From Flavobacteriales bacterium (GTDB taxonomy: Bacteria; Bacteroidota; Bacteroidia; Flavobacteriales_E; Vicingaceae), in contig JAJCYO010000035.1 of NCBI GenBank assembly GCA_029262875.1, positions 10,724-74,723 of the forward strand: a stretch of 64,000 bases of DNA, written 5' to 3'. The translations under genes were made by a program, and so were the position numbers. The notes below the pieces were generated by a model. The model searched no databases and was not told the origin of the DNA. It saw only the letters and a program-made list of their open reading frames with translations. Positions 38,372 through 49,997 of this stretch are shown here, in pieces. Position 1 is the first letter of the stretch, and each line of letters opens with the position of its first letter.

Positions 38372-38677
38372 ATGAGCCAAAAAATTAGAATAAAACTTAA
38401 ATCTTACGATTTCAATTTAGTTGATAGATCAGCTGAAAAAATTGTAAAAACTGTAAAAAGTACAGGTGCTGTTGTTAGTGGACCAATACCATTGCCAACA
38501 CATAAAAAAATCTTTACAGTATTAAGATCACCACACGTAAACAAAAAAGCAAGAGAGCAATTTCAATTATGTGCTTATAAAAGGCTAATTGATATTTACG
38601 GTTCTTCATCGAAGACTGTTGATGCACTAATGAAATTGGAGTTGCCAAGTGGGGTAGACGTTCAAATTAAAGTTTAA
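38372..38677 (+). CDS. rpsJ: 30S ribosomal protein S10
   Basis: 101 aa, '[13 protein letters not shown]...'. Confidence 0.97.
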   Translation: MSQKIRIKLKSYDFNLVDRSAEKIVKTVKSTGAVVSGPIPLPTHKKIFTVLRSPHVNKKAREQFQLCAYKRLIDIYGSSSKTVDALMKLELPSGVDVQIKV

Positions 38678-38726
38678 TAATTAAATAAGTTATAAAATAC
38701 CAAAATTAATAGGTAAAAAAATAGGT

Positions 38727-39314
38727 ATGACTAGCGTCTACAGTGCCGAGGGTAAGAATGTACCATGCACAGTGATAGAAGCTGGTCCTTGTGTTGTTAC
38801 ACAGGTAAAAAAGGTAGATACCGATGGCTATGATGCAGTTCAGTTGGCTTATGGAGACAAAAGAGAGAAGAATACTCCTAAAGCTTTACAAGGACACTTT
38901 AAAAAAGCTAATACATCACCTAAAAGAAAAGTAGTAGAATTTCAAGATTTTGAAGAAGAAAAAAACTTGGGAGATACAATAACAGTTGAAATGTTTGAAG
39001 AAGGAGACTGGGTAGATGTTGTTGGAACTTCAAAAGGAAAAGGTTTTCAAGGTGTTGTAAAAAGACACGGATTTCATGGTGTTGGAGATGCAACTCACGG
39101 TCAGCATAATAGATTAAGAGCTCCTGGTTCTTTAGGTGCTGGTTCTACTCCATCAAGAGTAATGAAAGGAATGAAGATGGCAGGAAGAATGGGTGGCGAT
39201 CGAGTAAAACAACAAAACCTTAAAGTTGTTAAAATATATTCAGATAAGAATTTAATCGTAGTATCAGGATCAATTCCTGGGGCTAAAGGTTCTTTTGTAT
39301 TAATTGAAAAATAA
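38727..39314 (+). CDS. rplC: 50S ribosomal protein L3 (coordinates from the first ATG; the true start is probably upstream, see findings)
   Basis: '[23 protein letters not shown]...' is L3. The conserved 'LIGKKIG' block is encoded in frame just upstream of this ATG (38706-38726). Confidence 0.9.
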   Translation: MTSVYSAEGKNVPCTVIEAGPCVVTQVKKVDTDGYDAVQLAYGDKREKNTPKALQGHFKKANTSPKRKVVEFQDFEEEKNLGDTITVEMFEEGDWVDVVGTSKGKGFQGVVKRHGFHGVGDATHGQHNRLRAPGSLGAGSTPSRVMKGMKMAGRMGGDRVKQQNLKVVKIYSDKNLIVVSGSIPGAKGSFVLIEK

Positions 39315-39330
39315 ATAGAGGAGAATAGAA

Positions 39331-39957
39331 ATGGACATAGTTGTAAAAAATATTAGTGGAAAAGACACAAAGAAGAAAGTTTCTTTGGATAAATCTATCT
39401 ACGGAATAGAGCCGAATGATCATGCTATCTATTTGGATGTAAAACAATATTTAGCAAATCAAAGGCAAGGTACTCATAAAGCAAAAGAAAGAGGAGAGGT
39501 AAAAGGAAGTACTAGAAAAATTAAGAAACAAAAAGGAACAGGTACAGCTCGTGCAGGTGACATTAAAAACCCATTATTTAAAGGTGGAGGTAGAGTATTT
39601 GGACCAAGACCAAGAAATTACGGGTTTAAATTGAACATCAAACAAAAGCGTCTAGCACGTAAATCTGCTTTATCGTATAAAGCTAAAGAAGGTGCTATCA
39701 CTGTTCTTGAAGATTTTTCTTTTGATGCGCCTCAAACTAAAAAGTATTCTGAATTATTAAGCAATTTAGATGCCTTAGATAAAAAGTCTTTATTGGTGCT
39801 TTCTGATTCAAATAATAATGTATATTTGTCCTCCCGAAATTTAAAGAGGGCTAAAGTTGTAACTGCTTCTCAAATAAATACTTATGATTTGATGAATGCA
39901 TCAAGTATTATTTTAGCTGAAGGGTCAATTGAGAAAATTGAAAATATTTTAAAGTAA
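39331..39957 (+). CDS. rplD: 50S ribosomal protein L4
   Basis: 208 aa with '[11 protein letters not shown]'. Operon position. Confidence 0.95.
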   Translation: MDIVVKNISGKDTKKKVSLDKSIYGIEPNDHAIYLDVKQYLANQRQGTHKAKERGEVKGSTRKIKKQKGTGTARAGDIKNPLFKGGGRVFGPRPRNYGFKLNIKQKRLARKSALSYKAKEGAITVLEDFSFDAPQTKKYSELLSNLDALDKKSLLVLSDSNNNVYLSSRNLKRAKVVTASQINTYDLMNASSIILAEGSIEKIENILK

Positions 39958-39964
39958 TTAAGGG

Positions 39965-40255
39965 ATGGAGATTTTAATAAAACCAGTTGTATCGGAAAAA
40001 ATGACTGACCAAAGCGAGAAGTTAAATCGCTACGGTTTTGTTGTTCATCATGCAGCAAATAAAATAGAGATTAAGAAGGCAATTGAAAAAGCTTATGGTG
40101 TTACTGTTGAAGCAGTTAATACTATGAACTATGGAGGGAAATCTAAATCAAGATTTACGAAAGCTGGATTAATTCAAGGTAAGACGAATAAATTTAAGAA
40201 GGCAGTTATAACGGTTGCTGACGGAGATGTTATAGATTTCTATAGCAACATATAA
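39965..40255 (+). CDS. rplW: 50S ribosomal protein L23
   Basis: 96 aa. Located between L4 and L2. Confidence 0.93.
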   Translation: MEILIKPVVSEKMTDQSEKLNRYGFVVHHAANKIEIKKAIEKAYGVTVEAVNTMNYGGKSKSRFTKAGLIQGKTNKFKKAVITVADGDVIDFYSNI

Positions 40256-40306
40256 TTTTTATATTAACTATACGGGGGCTCCAACCCTCTTAAGACATAA
40301 ACAAAA

Positions 40307-41131
40307 ATGGCAGTAAGAAAATTAAAACCCACTACACCTGGGCAAAGACATAAGATTGTAAATGAATTTGATTCAGTAACTGCATCTAAGCCAGAAAAGA
40401 GTTTGGTGAAGGGTAGAACAAAATCAGGTGGTAGAAACAACACAGGTAAGATGACTATGCGCTATATTGGTGGTGGTCACAAACAAAAAAATCGTGTTGT
40501 TGATTTCAAAAGAGATAAAGACGGAATTCCAGGAGTTGTAAAATCTGTAGAGTATGATCCAGGAAGAACAGCAAGAATCGCTTTGATCTATTATAAAGAT
40601 GGTGAAAAGAGATATATTATTGCTCCTAATGGATTACAGGTTGGACAAGAAATTATGTCTGGAAAAGATGCTGAACCAGAAGTAGGGAATACAATGTTTT
40701 TAAGCGACATTCCTTTAGGAACAGTAGTTCATAATGTTGAGTTAAGACCAAAGCAAGGTGCTAAGATGGCAAGAAGTGCTGGTTCTTATGCCCAACTTAC
40801 AGCAAAAGACGGAAAATTTGTAGTTATCAAATTACCTTCTGGTGAAACTAGATTGATTTTAGCTACATGTAAAGCAACTATTGGTACAGTTTCTAATTCT
40901 GAACATATGTTAGAAAGATCTGGTAAAGCGGGTCGAAGCAGATGGTTAGGAAGAAGACCAAGAGTTAGAGGTGTTGTTATGAATCCTGTTGATCACCCAA
41001 TGGGAGGTGGTGAAGGAAAGAATTCTGGAGGTCACCCAAGATCTAGAAATGGTATTCCAGCAAAAGGATACAAAACTAGAGCTAAAAAGAAAAAATCAAA
41101 TAAGTACATTATTGAAGGTAGAAAGAAATAA
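40307..41131 (+). CDS. rplB: 50S ribosomal protein L2
   Basis: 274 aa with '[14 protein letters not shown]' and '[13 protein letters not shown]'. Confidence 0.97.
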   Translation: MAVRKLKPTTPGQRHKIVNEFDSVTASKPEKSLVKGRTKSGGRNNTGKMTMRYIGGGHKQKNRVVDFKRDKDGIPGVVKSVEYDPGRTARIALIYYKDGEKRYIIAPNGLQVGQEIMSGKDAEPEVGNTMFLSDIPLGTVVHNVELRPKQGAKMARSAGSYAQLTAKDGKFVVIKLPSGETRLILATCKATIGTVSNSEHMLERSGKAGRSRWLGRRPRVRGVVMNPVDHPMGGGEGKNSGGHPRSRNGIPAKGYKTRAKKKKSNKYIIEGRKK

Positions 41132-41134
41132 GAT

Positions 41135-41404
41135 ATGAGTCGTTCACTAAAAAAACCACCATTTATACATTACAAGCTTCAGACTAGAGTTGACAACGCT
41201 CAGCAGTCTACGAAGAAAACTGTAATTAAAACATGGTCAAGAGCATCAATGATTTCTCCAGATTTTGTTGGATTAACAATTGCTGTTCATAATGGAAATA
41301 AATTTATTCCTGTTTATGTAACTGAAAATATGGTTGGACATAAATTAGGCGAATTTGCACCAACGAGAACCTATAGAGGTCATGGAGCAAATAAGAAAAG
41401 ATAA
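41135..41404 (+). CDS. rpsS: 30S ribosomal protein S19
   Basis: 89 aa, '[10 protein letters not shown]'. Confidence 0.97.
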   Translation: MSRSLKKPPFIHYKLQTRVDNAQQSTKKTVIKTWSRASMISPDFVGLTIAVHNGNKFIPVYVTENMVGHKLGEFAPTRTYRGHGANKKR

Positions 41405-41427
41405 GCAAATAGATAAAAGAATTAACT

Positions 41428-41832
41428 ATGGGTGCTAGAAAAAGAAATAGAGCAGAGCAAAATAAGGAAGCAAAAAAAACAATAAGTTTTGCTAAACTTA
41501 ACAATTGCCCAACTTCTCCAAGAAAGATGAGAAAAGTTTCTGATATGATTAGAGGAGAAGAAGTTTTTAAAGCTTTAGGTATATTACAATTTAGTCCACA
41601 AGATGCGGCAAAAAGATTAGAAGTATTACTTCGATCTGCTATAGCAAACTGGGAAGCTAAAAATGAAGGTGAAAGACCTGAAGATAATAACTTAATTGTA
41701 AAAGAAATTCAAGTGGATAGTGCTAGAATGTTGAAAAGAATTCAACCAGCTCCACAAGGACGTGCTCATAGAATCAGAAAAAGATCTAATCACGTTACAT
41801 TAATAGTTGACAGTAAAAAAGTAGAAGCATAA
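41428..41832 (+). CDS. rplV: 50S ribosomal protein L22
   Basis: 134 aa. Operon position, and its stop overlaps the rpsC start. Confidence 0.93.
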   Translation: MGARKRNRAEQNKEAKKTISFAKLNNCPTSPRKMRKVSDMIRGEEVFKALGILQFSPQDAAKRLEVLLRSAIANWEAKNEGERPEDNNLIVKEIQVDSARMLKRIQPAPQGRAHRIRKRSNHVTLIVDSKKVEA

Positions 41833-42566
41833 TGGGACAAAAAGTAAATCCAATTTCAAACAGATTAGGAATCATCAAAGGATGGGACTCTAATTGGTAC
41901 GGTGGAAACGACTATGGAGATAAAATAGTTGAAGACTATAAGATTAGAAAGTATTTAATGGCTCGTTTACATAAAGCCAGTGTTTCTAAGATTATTATTG
42001 AAAGAACTTTAAAACTGATTACAATAACTATTAATAGCTCTAGACCAGGAATTATTATTGGTAAAGGAGGACAAGAAGTTGATAAGTTAAGAGAAGAGCT
42101 TAAAAAGATTACTAAAAAAGATGTTCAGATAAACATCTTTGAAATAAAAAGGCCAGAGCTTGATGCAAAATTAGTTGCTGATAGTGTTGCAAAACAGATT
42201 GAAGGAAGAATTTCTTTTCGTAGAGCAGCAAAGATGGCAGTAGCATCATCTATGAGAATGGGGGCTGAAGGAATTAAGGTTCAGGTTGCAGGAAGATTAG
42301 GTGGAGCTGAGATGGCAAGAACGGAAGGATATAAAGAAGGAAGAATACCATTGCATACGTTTAGAGCAGATATTGATTATGCTTTAACTGAAGCACATAC
42401 TCAATATGGAAGAATAGGTGTTAAAGTATGGATTTGTAAAGGTGAAGTCTATGGAAAAAGAGATTTATCTCCAAATGTAGGCCAAGCGAAAGGAAAAGGA
42501 AAAGGAAGATCTGGATCAGACAGAAAAAGAGGTGGTGGAAATAGAGGTGGTGGAAACAGAAGATAA
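41832..42566 (+). CDS. rpsC: 30S ribosomal protein S3
   Basis: 244 aa with 'MGQKVNPI' and a KH domain. Gly/Arg-rich tail. Confidence 0.97.
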   Translation: MGQKVNPISNRLGIIKGWDSNWYGGNDYGDKIVEDYKIRKYLMARLHKASVSKIIIERTLKLITITINSSRPGIIIGKGGQEVDKLREELKKITKKDVQINIFEIKRPELDAKLVADSVAKQIEGRISFRRAAKMAVASSMRMGAEGIKVQVAGRLGGAEMARTEGYKEGRIPLHTFRADIDYALTEAHTQYGRIGVKVWICKGEVYGKRDLSPNVGQAKGKGKGRSGSDRKRGGGNRGGGNRR

Positions 42567-42601
42567 TTAATAAGAATAACAGAAGATTAAAATAAGAAAC
42601 A

Positions 42602-43021
42602 ATGTTACAACCGAAAAGAACGAAGTTTAGGAAAATGCAAAAAGGGCGTATGAAAGGAAACGCTCAGAGAGGTTCTCAAATTGCATTTGGATCGTTTGCT
42701 ATTAAATCTTTAGAAGAATGTTGGATGACAGCAAGACAGATAGAGGCAGCAAGGATTGCAGTAACAAGATATATGAAAAGAGAAGGTCAAGTTTGGATTA
42801 GAGTATTTCCAGACAAGCCTGTAACAAAAAAACCTGCAGAGGTAAGAATGGGGAAAGGAAAAGGTGCTCCTGAATTATGGGTAGCAATTGTTAAACCTGG
42901 AAAAATAATTTTTGAAGTTGATGGAGTTCCTTCTGAGATTGCTAAAGAAGCATTAAGATTAGCAGCTCAAAAGCTACCAATTAAAACAAAATTTATTACA
43001 AGAAGAGATTACGCAGAATAA
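42602..43021 (+). CDS. rplP: 50S ribosomal protein L16
   Basis: 139 aa, '[11 protein letters not shown]'. Confidence 0.97.
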   Translation: MLQPKRTKFRKMQKGRMKGNAQRGSQIAFGSFAIKSLEECWMTARQIEAARIAVTRYMKREGQVWIRVFPDKPVTKKPAEVRMGKGKGAPELWVAIVKPGKIIFEVDGVPSEIAKEALRLAAQKLPIKTKFITRRDYAE

Positions 43022-43033
43022 TAATTTAAGACG

Positions 43034-43231
43034 ATGAAACAACTTGATATAAAAGACCTTTCAGTTGATGACCTAACTGAAAAATTTGCAGAACAAAAAG
43101 AGGTGCTGGCTAAAATGAAATTAAGCCACGCAGTTTCTCCATTGGAGAACCCAATGCAAATAAAGCAAACAAGAAGAACTGTTGCTAGGCTTAAAACAGA
43201 ATTAAGAAAAAGAGAACTTCAAGCAAAATAA
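43034..43231 (+). CDS. rpmC: 50S ribosomal protein L29
   Basis: 65 aa. Operon position. Confidence 0.92.
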   Translation: MKQLDIKDLSVDDLTEKFAEQKEVLAKMKLSHAVSPLENPMQIKQTRRTVARLKTELRKRELQAK

Positions 43232-43242
43232 ATATTCTTGAA

Positions 43243-43500
43243 ATGGAAAATAGAAATTTAAGAAAAGAAAGAGTAGGTTTAGTTATGAGTAACAAAATGG
43301 ATAAATCCATTGTTATCTCTGTAGAACGTAAAGTGAAGCACCCTATGTATGGGAAATTCGTAAAAACGACAACTAAATTTATGGCTCATGATGAAAAAAA
43401 TGACTGTAACATTGGTGACACTGTTAAAATCATGGAAATAAAACCAATGAGCAAAAACAAATGTTGGAGATTAGTTGAAATTATTGAAAGAGCTAAATAG
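43243..43500 (+). CDS. rpsQ: 30S ribosomal protein S17
   Basis: 85 aa. Operon position. Confidence 0.93.
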   Translation: MENRNLRKERVGLVMSNKMDKSIVISVERKVKHPMYGKFVKTTTKFMAHDEKNDCNIGDTVKIMEIKPMSKNKCWRLVEIIERAK

Positions 43501-43502
43501 TT

Positions 43503-43871
43503 ATGATACAGCAAGAATCAAGATTAAAAGTTGCAGATAACAGTGGTGCCAAAGAAGTACTTTGTATAAAAGTATTGGGTGGATCTAAGAAAAGGTACGC
43601 TTCAATTGGTGATACTATTGTTGTTTCTGTAAAACATGCAATGCCAGCTGGTAACATGAAAAAAGGAGCTGTTGCAAAAGCAGTTGTTGTTAGAACAAAG
43701 AAGGAAATTAGAAGACCAGATGGTTCATACATCAGATTTGATGATAATGCTGCAGTTATATTAAATGAAGCTGGTGAAATGTCTGGAACTCGTATTTTCG
43801 GACCTGTTGCAAGAGAATTACGTGAAAAAGAGTTTATGAAAATTGTATCATTAGCTCCAGAAGTACTTTAA
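43503..43871 (+). CDS. rplN: 50S ribosomal protein L14
   Basis: 122 aa, '[17 protein letters not shown]'. Confidence 0.97.
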   Translation: MIQQESRLKVADNSGAKEVLCIKVLGGSKKRYASIGDTIVVSVKHAMPAGNMKKGAVAKAVVVRTKKEIRRPDGSYIRFDDNAAVILNEAGEMSGTRIFGPVARELREKEFMKIVSLAPEVL

Positions 43872-43891
43872 AAAGAGAATAAATTTTAGTT

Positions 43892-44218
43892 ATGGCTAAA
43901 TTACACATAAAGAAAGGAGATACAGTACAGGTAATGGCTGGAGAATCGAAAGGTGCTCAAGGCGTTGTTAGAAAAGTATATCCTGAAAAAAGTAGAGCGA
44001 TAGTGGAAGGTAAAGATATTAAGATGATATCTAAACACACTAAACCTAATGCTGCAAACCCTGATGGAGGGATTGTAAAAGAGGAAGCTCCAATTCACAT
44101 TTCTAACCTAATGGTGATTGATCCTAAATCAGGAGAACCAACAAGAGTAGGTAGAAAAGTGGATGATGAAGGAAATAAAGTTCGTTATGCAAAAAAATCA
44201 GGGGAGGTAATATCATGA
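43892..44218 (+). CDS. rplX: 50S ribosomal protein L24
   Basis: 108 aa with the KOW motif '[11 protein letters not shown]'. Confidence 0.95.
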   Translation: MAKLHIKKGDTVQVMAGESKGAQGVVRKVYPEKSRAIVEGKDIKMISKHTKPNAANPDGGIVKEEAPIHISNLMVIDPKSGEPTRVGRKVDDEGNKVRYAKKSGEVIS

Positions 44219-44766
44219 GTTATATACCTAGGTTAAAAACACAGTACAAAGAAGAGATAGTTAATTCTTTGAAAGAGAAATTTGCTTATACATCTGTTAT
44301 GCAAGTTCCTAAGATTCAAAAAATTTGCTTAAACCAAGGAGTTGGTGATGCTGTTTCTGATAAAAGATTAGTTGATGCTGCAATAGAAGAAATGACATTA
44401 ATTTCTGGACAAAAAGCAAATGTAACTTATTCTAAAAAAGATATTTCTAATTTCAAATTAAGAAAAGGAATGCCTATTGGAGCTAAAGTTACTTTAAGAG
44501 GAGATCAGATGTATGAATTCTTAGATAGATTAGTAGCGGTTGCATTACCAAGAACTAGAGACTTTAGAGGAATTGAATCAAAAGGATTTGATGGTAGGGG
44601 AAATTATACTTTAGGGATAAAAGAACAAATCATTTTTCCAGAAATAGATATCGATAAAATTAAATCAGTTACAGGGATGGATATAACGATAGTTACATCT
44701 GCTCAATCTGATGAAGAAGGAAAAGCATTATTAACAGAATTTGGTTTACCATTTAAGAAAAATTAA
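44215..44766 (+). CDS. rplE: 50S ribosomal protein L5
   Basis: 183 aa. ATGA overlap with rplX. Confidence 0.95.
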   Translation: MSYIPRLKTQYKEEIVNSLKEKFAYTSVMQVPKIQKICLNQGVGDAVSDKRLVDAAIEEMTLISGQKANVTYSKKDISNFKLRKGMPIGAKVTLRGDQMYEFLDRLVAVALPRTRDFRGIESKGFDGRGNYTLGIKEQIIFPEIDIDKIKSVTGMDITIVTSAQSDEEGKALLTEFGLPFKKN

Positions 44767-44771
44767 ACAAC

Positions 44772-45041
44772 ATGGCTAAAGAATCAATGAAAGCGAGAGA
44801 ACGCAAAAGAGAAAGATTAGTTGCTCAGTATGCAGAAAAAAGAGCTGCATTAAAAGCTGCTGGTGATTGGGATGCGTTACAAAAATTACCAAAGAACTCT
44901 TCAAAAGTTAGGTTGCATAACAGATGCAAATTAACAGGAAGACCAAGAGGTTATATGAGACAATTTGGGATATCTCGTGTTACATTTAGAGAAATGGCAT
45001 CAGCAGGTCTGATACCAGGGATTACAAAAGCAAGTTGGTAA
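44772..45041 (+). CDS. rpsN: 30S ribosomal protein S14 (long, non-zinc form)
   Basis: 89 aa, ending '[21 protein letters not shown]'. Confidence 0.95.
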   Translation: MAKESMKARERKRERLVAQYAEKRAALKAAGDWDALQKLPKNSSKVRLHNRCKLTGRPRGYMRQFGISRVTFREMASAGLIPGITKASW

Positions 45042-45070
45042 AAAATAGTATTTAAAAAAAAGGATTAAAA

Positions 45071-45466
45071 ATGACAGATCCAATAGCAGATTATTTAACA
45101 AGACTTAGAAACGCAGTAAACGCTAAGCATAGAGTAGTTGATATTCCAGCATCAAACATTAAGAAAGAGATGACTAAAATCTTGTTTGATAAAGGATATA
45201 TTTTAAACTACAAATTTGAAGATGAAGCAGTTCAAGGTAATATTAAGATTGCATTGAAATACCATCCTCAATCAAAAGTTTCTGCAATAACTAAGTTAGA
45301 AAGAGTTAGTACACCTGGATTAAGAAATTATACAGGAGTAAGTACAATGCCTAGAGTAATAAATGGTTTAGGTATCGCTATCGTTTCAACTTCTAAAGGT
45401 GTAATGACCGATAAAGAAGCACGAAGAGAGAATGTTGGTGGCGAAGTATTGTGTCATATATATTAA
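45071..45466 (+). CDS. rpsH: 30S ribosomal protein S8
   Basis: 131 aa, 'MTDPIADYLTRLRNA'. Confidence 0.97.
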   Translation: MTDPIADYLTRLRNAVNAKHRVVDIPASNIKKEMTKILFDKGYILNYKFEDEAVQGNIKIALKYHPQSKVSAITKLERVSTPGLRNYTGVSTMPRVINGLGIAIVSTSKGVMTDKEARRENVGGEVLCHIY

Positions 45467-45488
45467 TAAAGAAGAAAGAATTTAAGTT

Positions 45489-46040
45489 ATGTCAAGAATT
45501 GGAAACGCACCGATAGAAGTCCCTCAAGGAGTTGAAATAAACATTGAGAAGGGATTGGTGAGTGTAAAAGGTCCTAAGGGAGAATTGTCACAAGATATTG
45601 ATACAGCAATCACTGTCGAATTAAATGATAATGAAATTACGTTAAAGAGACATACAGAACAAAAAGATCATAAAGCAAAACATGGTTTATACAGATCATT
45701 AATTGCTAATATGGTTGAAGGTGTTTCTAAAGGATATAAAACGCAACAAGAATTAGTTGGTGTTGGATATAGAGCTTCAAATCAAGGGCAAAAATTAGAG
45801 TTATTGTTAGGATACTCTCATGCTATAGTTTTTGAGTTACCAGCAGAAATTAAGGTTACTTGTGAATCTGAAAGAGGTAAAAATCCAATAGTTACATTAG
45901 AATCCCATGACAAGCAATTAATTGGTCATGTGGCTGCTAAAATTAGGTCATTAAGAAAACCTGAACCATACAAAGGAAAAGGAATTAAGTTCGTTGGAGA
46001 ACAATTAAGAAGAAAGGCTGGTAAATCAGCTGCTAAATAA
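45489..46040 (+). CDS. rplF: 50S ribosomal protein L6
   Basis: 183 aa, 'MSRIGNAPIEVPQGV'. Confidence 0.97.
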   Translation: MSRIGNAPIEVPQGVEINIEKGLVSVKGPKGELSQDIDTAITVELNDNEITLKRHTEQKDHKAKHGLYRSLIANMVEGVSKGYKTQQELVGVGYRASNQGQKLELLLGYSHAIVFELPAEIKVTCESERGKNPIVTLESHDKQLIGHVAAKIRSLRKPEPYKGKGIKFVGEQLRRKAGKSAAK

Positions 46041-46061
46041 AACATCATAATAAAAGATATT

Positions 46062-46415
46062 ATGGCACTTAGTAAAAAAGATAGAAGATTAAGAATAAAA
46101 AGAAGAATTAGAAAGGTTGTTGCTGGAACTGCAGAACAACCTAGGTTGGCTGTATTCAGAAGTAATAAAGAGATTTATGCTCAAATTATTAATGATGCAA
46201 CGGGTTCAACATTAGTTGCTGCTTCTTCTAAACAAAAAGATATTAAAGCAAAAGGTACTAAAATAGAAGTAGCTGCTACCGTTGGTAAAGCTATTGCTGA
46301 AAAAGCTGTTAAAGCTGGAATTAAAAACATTTCTTTTGATAGAGGTGGGTACTTATATCACGGTAGAGTTAAAGCATTAGCTGAAGCTGCTCGTGAAGGA
46401 GGGCTAAAATTTTAA
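46062..46415 (+). CDS. rplR: 50S ribosomal protein L18
   Basis: 117 aa, with '[15 protein letters not shown]'. Confidence 0.95.
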   Translation: MALSKKDRRLRIKRRIRKVVAGTAEQPRLAVFRSNKEIYAQIINDATGSTLVAASSKQKDIKAKGTKIEVAATVGKAIAEKAVKAGIKNISFDRGGYLYHGRVKALAEAAREGGLKF

Positions 46416-46435
46416 TTTGATATATTAGAAAAGAT

Positions 46436-46954
46436 ATGGCAAAATCAAATGCAAAAAAAGTAAGAGCTAGTGAAGCTGAGTTGAAAGACAAATTAGTAGC
46501 TATCAACAGGGTAACAAAAGTTACTAAAGGTGGTAGAAACTTTAGTTTTTCGGCAATCGTAGTTGTTGGAGATGAAAACGGTGTTGTAGGACATGGTTTA
46601 GGAAAAGCGAATGAAGTAACGGAAGCAATTACTAAAGGAATAGACATAGCTAAAAGAAACTGTATTAAAGTTCCTATCATTAATGGAACAGTGCCTCACG
46701 AGCAAAATGGAAAATATTCTGGAGCTCAAGTTTTTATGAGACCAGCTGCACATGGTACCGGAGTTATTGCTGGTGGTGCAATGCGTGCTGTTTTTGAAAG
46801 CGTTGGAATTACAGATGTATTGGCAAAATCAAAAGGATCTTCAAACCCTCACAATGTGGTTAAAGCTACTTTAGATGCATTAGGTCAACTAAGAGATGCA
46901 TATACAGTTGCTGATCAAAGAGGAGTTGAATTAGATACAGTTTTTAACGGATAG
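46436..46954 (+). CDS. rpsE: 30S ribosomal protein S5
   Basis: 172 aa, with '[21 protein letters not shown]'. Confidence 0.96.
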   Translation: MAKSNAKKVRASEAELKDKLVAINRVTKVTKGGRNFSFSAIVVVGDENGVVGHGLGKANEVTEAITKGIDIAKRNCIKVPIINGTVPHEQNGKYSGAQVFMRPAAHGTGVIAGGAMRAVFESVGITDVLAKSKGSSNPHNVVKATLDALGQLRDAYTVADQRGVELDTVFNG

Positions 46955-46969
46955 AGAAACCAAGAAGTA

Positions 46970-47152
46970 ATGGGAAAAGTTAAAATAAAACAAATTAAAA
47001 GTAAGATAAAGCAACCTGCTCGTCAGAAGAAAACACTAACAGCGTTAGGACTTCGTAAGATGCATCAGGTAGTAGAACACGAAGCAACACCTCAAATTAT
47101 GGGGATGATTGCAAAAGTGCAACACTTACTTTCAGTAGAAGAAATTAAATAA
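46970..47152 (+). CDS. rpmD: 50S ribosomal protein L30
   Basis: 60 aa. Operon position. Confidence 0.92.
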   Translation: MGKVKIKQIKSKIKQPARQKKTLTALGLRKMHQVVEHEATPQIMGMIAKVQHLLSVEEIK

Positions 47153-47172
47153 TAATAGTTAAGATTTATAAA

Positions 47173-47829
47173 ATGGACTTATCAAATTTACAACCTGCGG
47201 AAGGTGCAACAAAACAGCGTAAGCGAGTAGGACGTGGTCAAGGATCAGGAAGAGGTGGAACTTCAACAAGAGGTCACAAAGGAGCTAAATCTAGATCAGG
47301 ATACTCACGTAAAATCGGATTTGAAGGTGGTCAAATGCCGCTTCAGAAAAGAGTTCCTAAGTTTGGGTTCACCAATATTAATAGAAAAGAGTTTAAAGGA
47401 GTAAACCTTGATACGCTACAGTTTTTGGTTGATACTAAAAAAGTGAAAGAAATCACTAAAGAAGTATTAGTTGAAAACGGATTAGTGGCTAAAAAAGATT
47501 TAGTTAAGATTTTAGGAAGAGGAGAATTAAAAGCAAAACTAAATGTTACTGTTGATTCTTTTTCTGCAAGTGCAAAAGCTGCTATAGAAAAAGCAGGTGG
47601 TAAAGCAACAGCTTTATATGTTCCTAAAGATGCTCCAGTTGAAGAAGAAGCTAAACCGAAGAAAGCAGCAGCCCCAAAGGCTGAAAAGAAAGCTGAAGAG
47701 GTTAAGGCAGAAGTGAAAAAAGAAGCAAAAGAAGAAAAAACGGAGGATGCTGCAACTGAGAAGGAAGCTCCGAAAGCAAAAAAGGAGACTCCTAAATCGG
47801 ATGATTCAAAAGAGTCTAAAGAAGATTAA
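47173..47829 (+). CDS. rplO: 50S ribosomal protein L15 with a long Lys/Glu/Ala-rich C-terminal extension
   Basis: 218 aa. The L15 core runs to about residue 148, followed by a roughly 70-aa charged tail. Confidence 0.95.
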   Translation: MDLSNLQPAEGATKQRKRVGRGQGSGRGGTSTRGHKGAKSRSGYSRKIGFEGGQMPLQKRVPKFGFTNINRKEFKGVNLDTLQFLVDTKKVKEITKEVLVENGLVAKKDLVKILGRGELKAKLNVTVDSFSASAKAAIEKAGGKATALYVPKDAPVEEEAKPKKAAAPKAEKKAEEVKAEVKKEAKEEKTEDAATEKEAPKAKKETPKSDDSKESKED

Positions 47830-47837
47830 TTAAGAGG

Positions 47838-49190
47838 ATGAAAAAACTTTTTACAACCATAAAAAACATTTGGAGTATTGATGATTTGAGGGTTCGAATC
47901 ATCACTACACTGAGTTTGCTATTAGTATATAGATTAGGTTCTTATGTAGTACTTCCTGGTGTTGATGCTGCTGCATTAGAAGCAGCTAATGCAGGCAAAA
48001 CAGGTGGTGGTATTATGGATTTGATTAATATTTTTGCAGGTGGAGCTTTTAATAGAGCTTCGATTTTTGCATTAGGAATAATGCCTTATATATCTGCATC
48101 TATTGTTATTCAACTATTAGGAATGGCAATTCCTTATTTCCAAAGATTACAGAAAGAAGGAGAAAGTGGAAGAAGAAAAATCAATCAAATTACAAGAATA
48201 TTAACGATTGTAATTACTGGTTTTCAAGCTCCAGGATACATTGCTTCTCAAGTAACAAATAACCCTGGTGTTGTGCCAAATGATGGCCCAATGTGGTGGT
48301 TTTCCACGGTTCTATTATTGGTAACAGGTACTGTGTTTGTAATGTGGATTGGAGAAAGAATTACAGAGAAAGGAATCGGAAATGGTATTTCATTATTAAT
48401 AATGATTGGTATTATTGCCAATTTACCATCGGCATTCGTATTTGAAATTGGATCTAGATTCGGTGTTGGAGGAATAGGTGGTCCGATAATTTTATTGGTT
48501 GAAATAGCAGTGTTATTAATTGTAGTAATTGTTTCAATACTCTTGGTACAAGGAACAAGGCGTATCCCTGTTCAATATGCTAAACGTGTAGTTGGGAATA
48601 AGCAATATGGTGGAGTAAGACAATACATTCCACTTAAAGTAAATGCTTCTGGAGTAATGCCAATCATTTTTGCTCAAGCGATTATGTTTGTTCCTATGAC
48701 AGTAGCCAGTTTTGGTGAAGCAGGAGCTGCTTCTTCATGGATACTTAGTGTGTTTGGTAATCCTAATGGATTTGGATATAATTTAACGTTCTTTTTAATG
48801 ATTGTTGCTTTTACTTACTTCTATACGGCAGTTACAGTAAATCCAAACCAGATGGCGGACGAAATGAAAAGAAATGGAGGGTTTATACCAGGAATTAGAC
48901 CAGGTAAAAAGACAGCTGAATTTATTGATGATGTAATGTCAAGAATTACTTTACCAGGATCTATGTTTTTGGCCTTGGTTGCTATTTTGCCAGCGTTTGC
49001 TGCATTAGCAGGAGTTAATCAGGCATTTGCATACTTCTATGGAGGTACATCACTACTGATTATGGTAGGAGTTATATTAGATACGTTACAACAAATAGAA
49101 AGTCATTTATTGATGCGTCATTATGATGGATTAATGAAAACAGGAAAGATTAAAGGAAGATCGAGTACTGGTATGGGAATGGCTGGATAA
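47838..49190 (+). CDS. secY: Preprotein translocase subunit SecY
   Basis: 450 aa, 10 TM segments. Operon position. Confidence 0.96.
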   Translation: MKKLFTTIKNIWSIDDLRVRIITTLSLLLVYRLGSYVVLPGVDAAALEAANAGKTGGGIMDLINIFAGGAFNRASIFALGIMPYISASIVIQLLGMAIPYFQRLQKEGESGRRKINQITRILTIVITGFQAPGYIASQVTNNPGVVPNDGPMWWFSTVLLLVTGTVFVMWIGERITEKGIGNGISLLIMIGIIANLPSAFVFEIGSRFGVGGIGGPIILLVEIAVLLIVVIVSILLVQGTRRIPVQYAKRVVGNKQYGGVRQYIPLKVNASGVMPIIFAQAIMFVPMTVASFGEAGAASSWILSVFGNPNGFGYNLTFFLMIVAFTYFYTAVTVNPNQMADEMKRNGGFIPGIRPGKKTAEFIDDVMSRITLPGSMFLALVAILPAFAALAGVNQAFAYFYGGTSLLIMVGVILDTLQQIESHLLMRHYDGLMKTGKIKGRSSTGMGMAG

Positions 49191-49202
49191 GTTGTTTGTG
49201 AG

Positions 49203-49988
49203 ATGGGAAGGATCATTTACAAGACGGATGAGGAAATAGAATTAATTAGAGAAAGTTCTTTGCTTGTTGGAAAAACTTTAGCTGAAGTTGCTAAAATCAT
49301 AAAACCAGGGGTTACAACCCTTGATTTAGATAAAGTTGCTGAAGAGTTTATATTGGATAATAATGCCATTCCTGGATTTAAAGGATTGTATGATTTTCCA
49401 AATACACTTTGTACATCTGCAAATGAAGCAGTAGTACACGGAATACCAAATAATAAACCCTTACAAAATGGTGATATTATTTCGGTGGATTGCGGTGTGA
49501 TTATGAATGAGTTTTTTGGGGATGTTGCTTATACTTTTGAAGTAGGAGAAGTAAAACCAGAAATTAAGAAACTATTAGAAGTAACTAAAGAATGTTTAAA
49601 TAGAGGAATTGAACAAGCCGTTGTTGGAAATAGAATTGGAGACATTGGCTATGCAATTCAGAGCTTAGCAGAAGAAAATGGATACGGTGTAGTAAGAGAA
49701 TTAGTTGGACATGGCTTGGGAAAAGATTTGCATGAAGAACCTCAAGTACCAAATTATGGTAGACGAGGAAATGGATTGCAACTAAAAGAAGGAATGGTGA
49801 TTGCGATTGAGCCTATGATTAATTTAGGTAAAAGAAATGTAAAGCAACATGATGATGGTTCAACTATTATCACAACGGATGGATTAGCATCAGCACATTT
49901 TGAGCATGATGTAGCAATAAGAAAAGGAAAAGCAGAAGTTTTATCAACACATGAATTTGTTGAAGAAGTATTAAAAAATAAAAATTAA
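49203..49988 (+). CDS. map: Type I methionine aminopeptidase
   Basis: 261 aa with metal-ligand contexts 'DIISVDCG', 'GHGLG' and 'IAIEPM'. Confidence 0.95.
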   Translation: MGRIIYKTDEEIELIRESSLLVGKTLAEVAKIIKPGVTTLDLDKVAEEFILDNNAIPGFKGLYDFPNTLCTSANEAVVHGIPNNKPLQNGDIISVDCGVIMNEFFGDVAYTFEVGEVKPEIKKLLEVTKECLNRGIEQAVVGNRIGDIGYAIQSLAEENGYGVVRELVGHGLGKDLHEEPQVPNYGRRGNGLQLKEGMVIAIEPMINLGKRNVKQHDDGSTIITTDGLASAHFEHDVAIRKGKAEVLSTHEFVEEVLKNKN

Positions 49989-49997
49989 GAATATACG

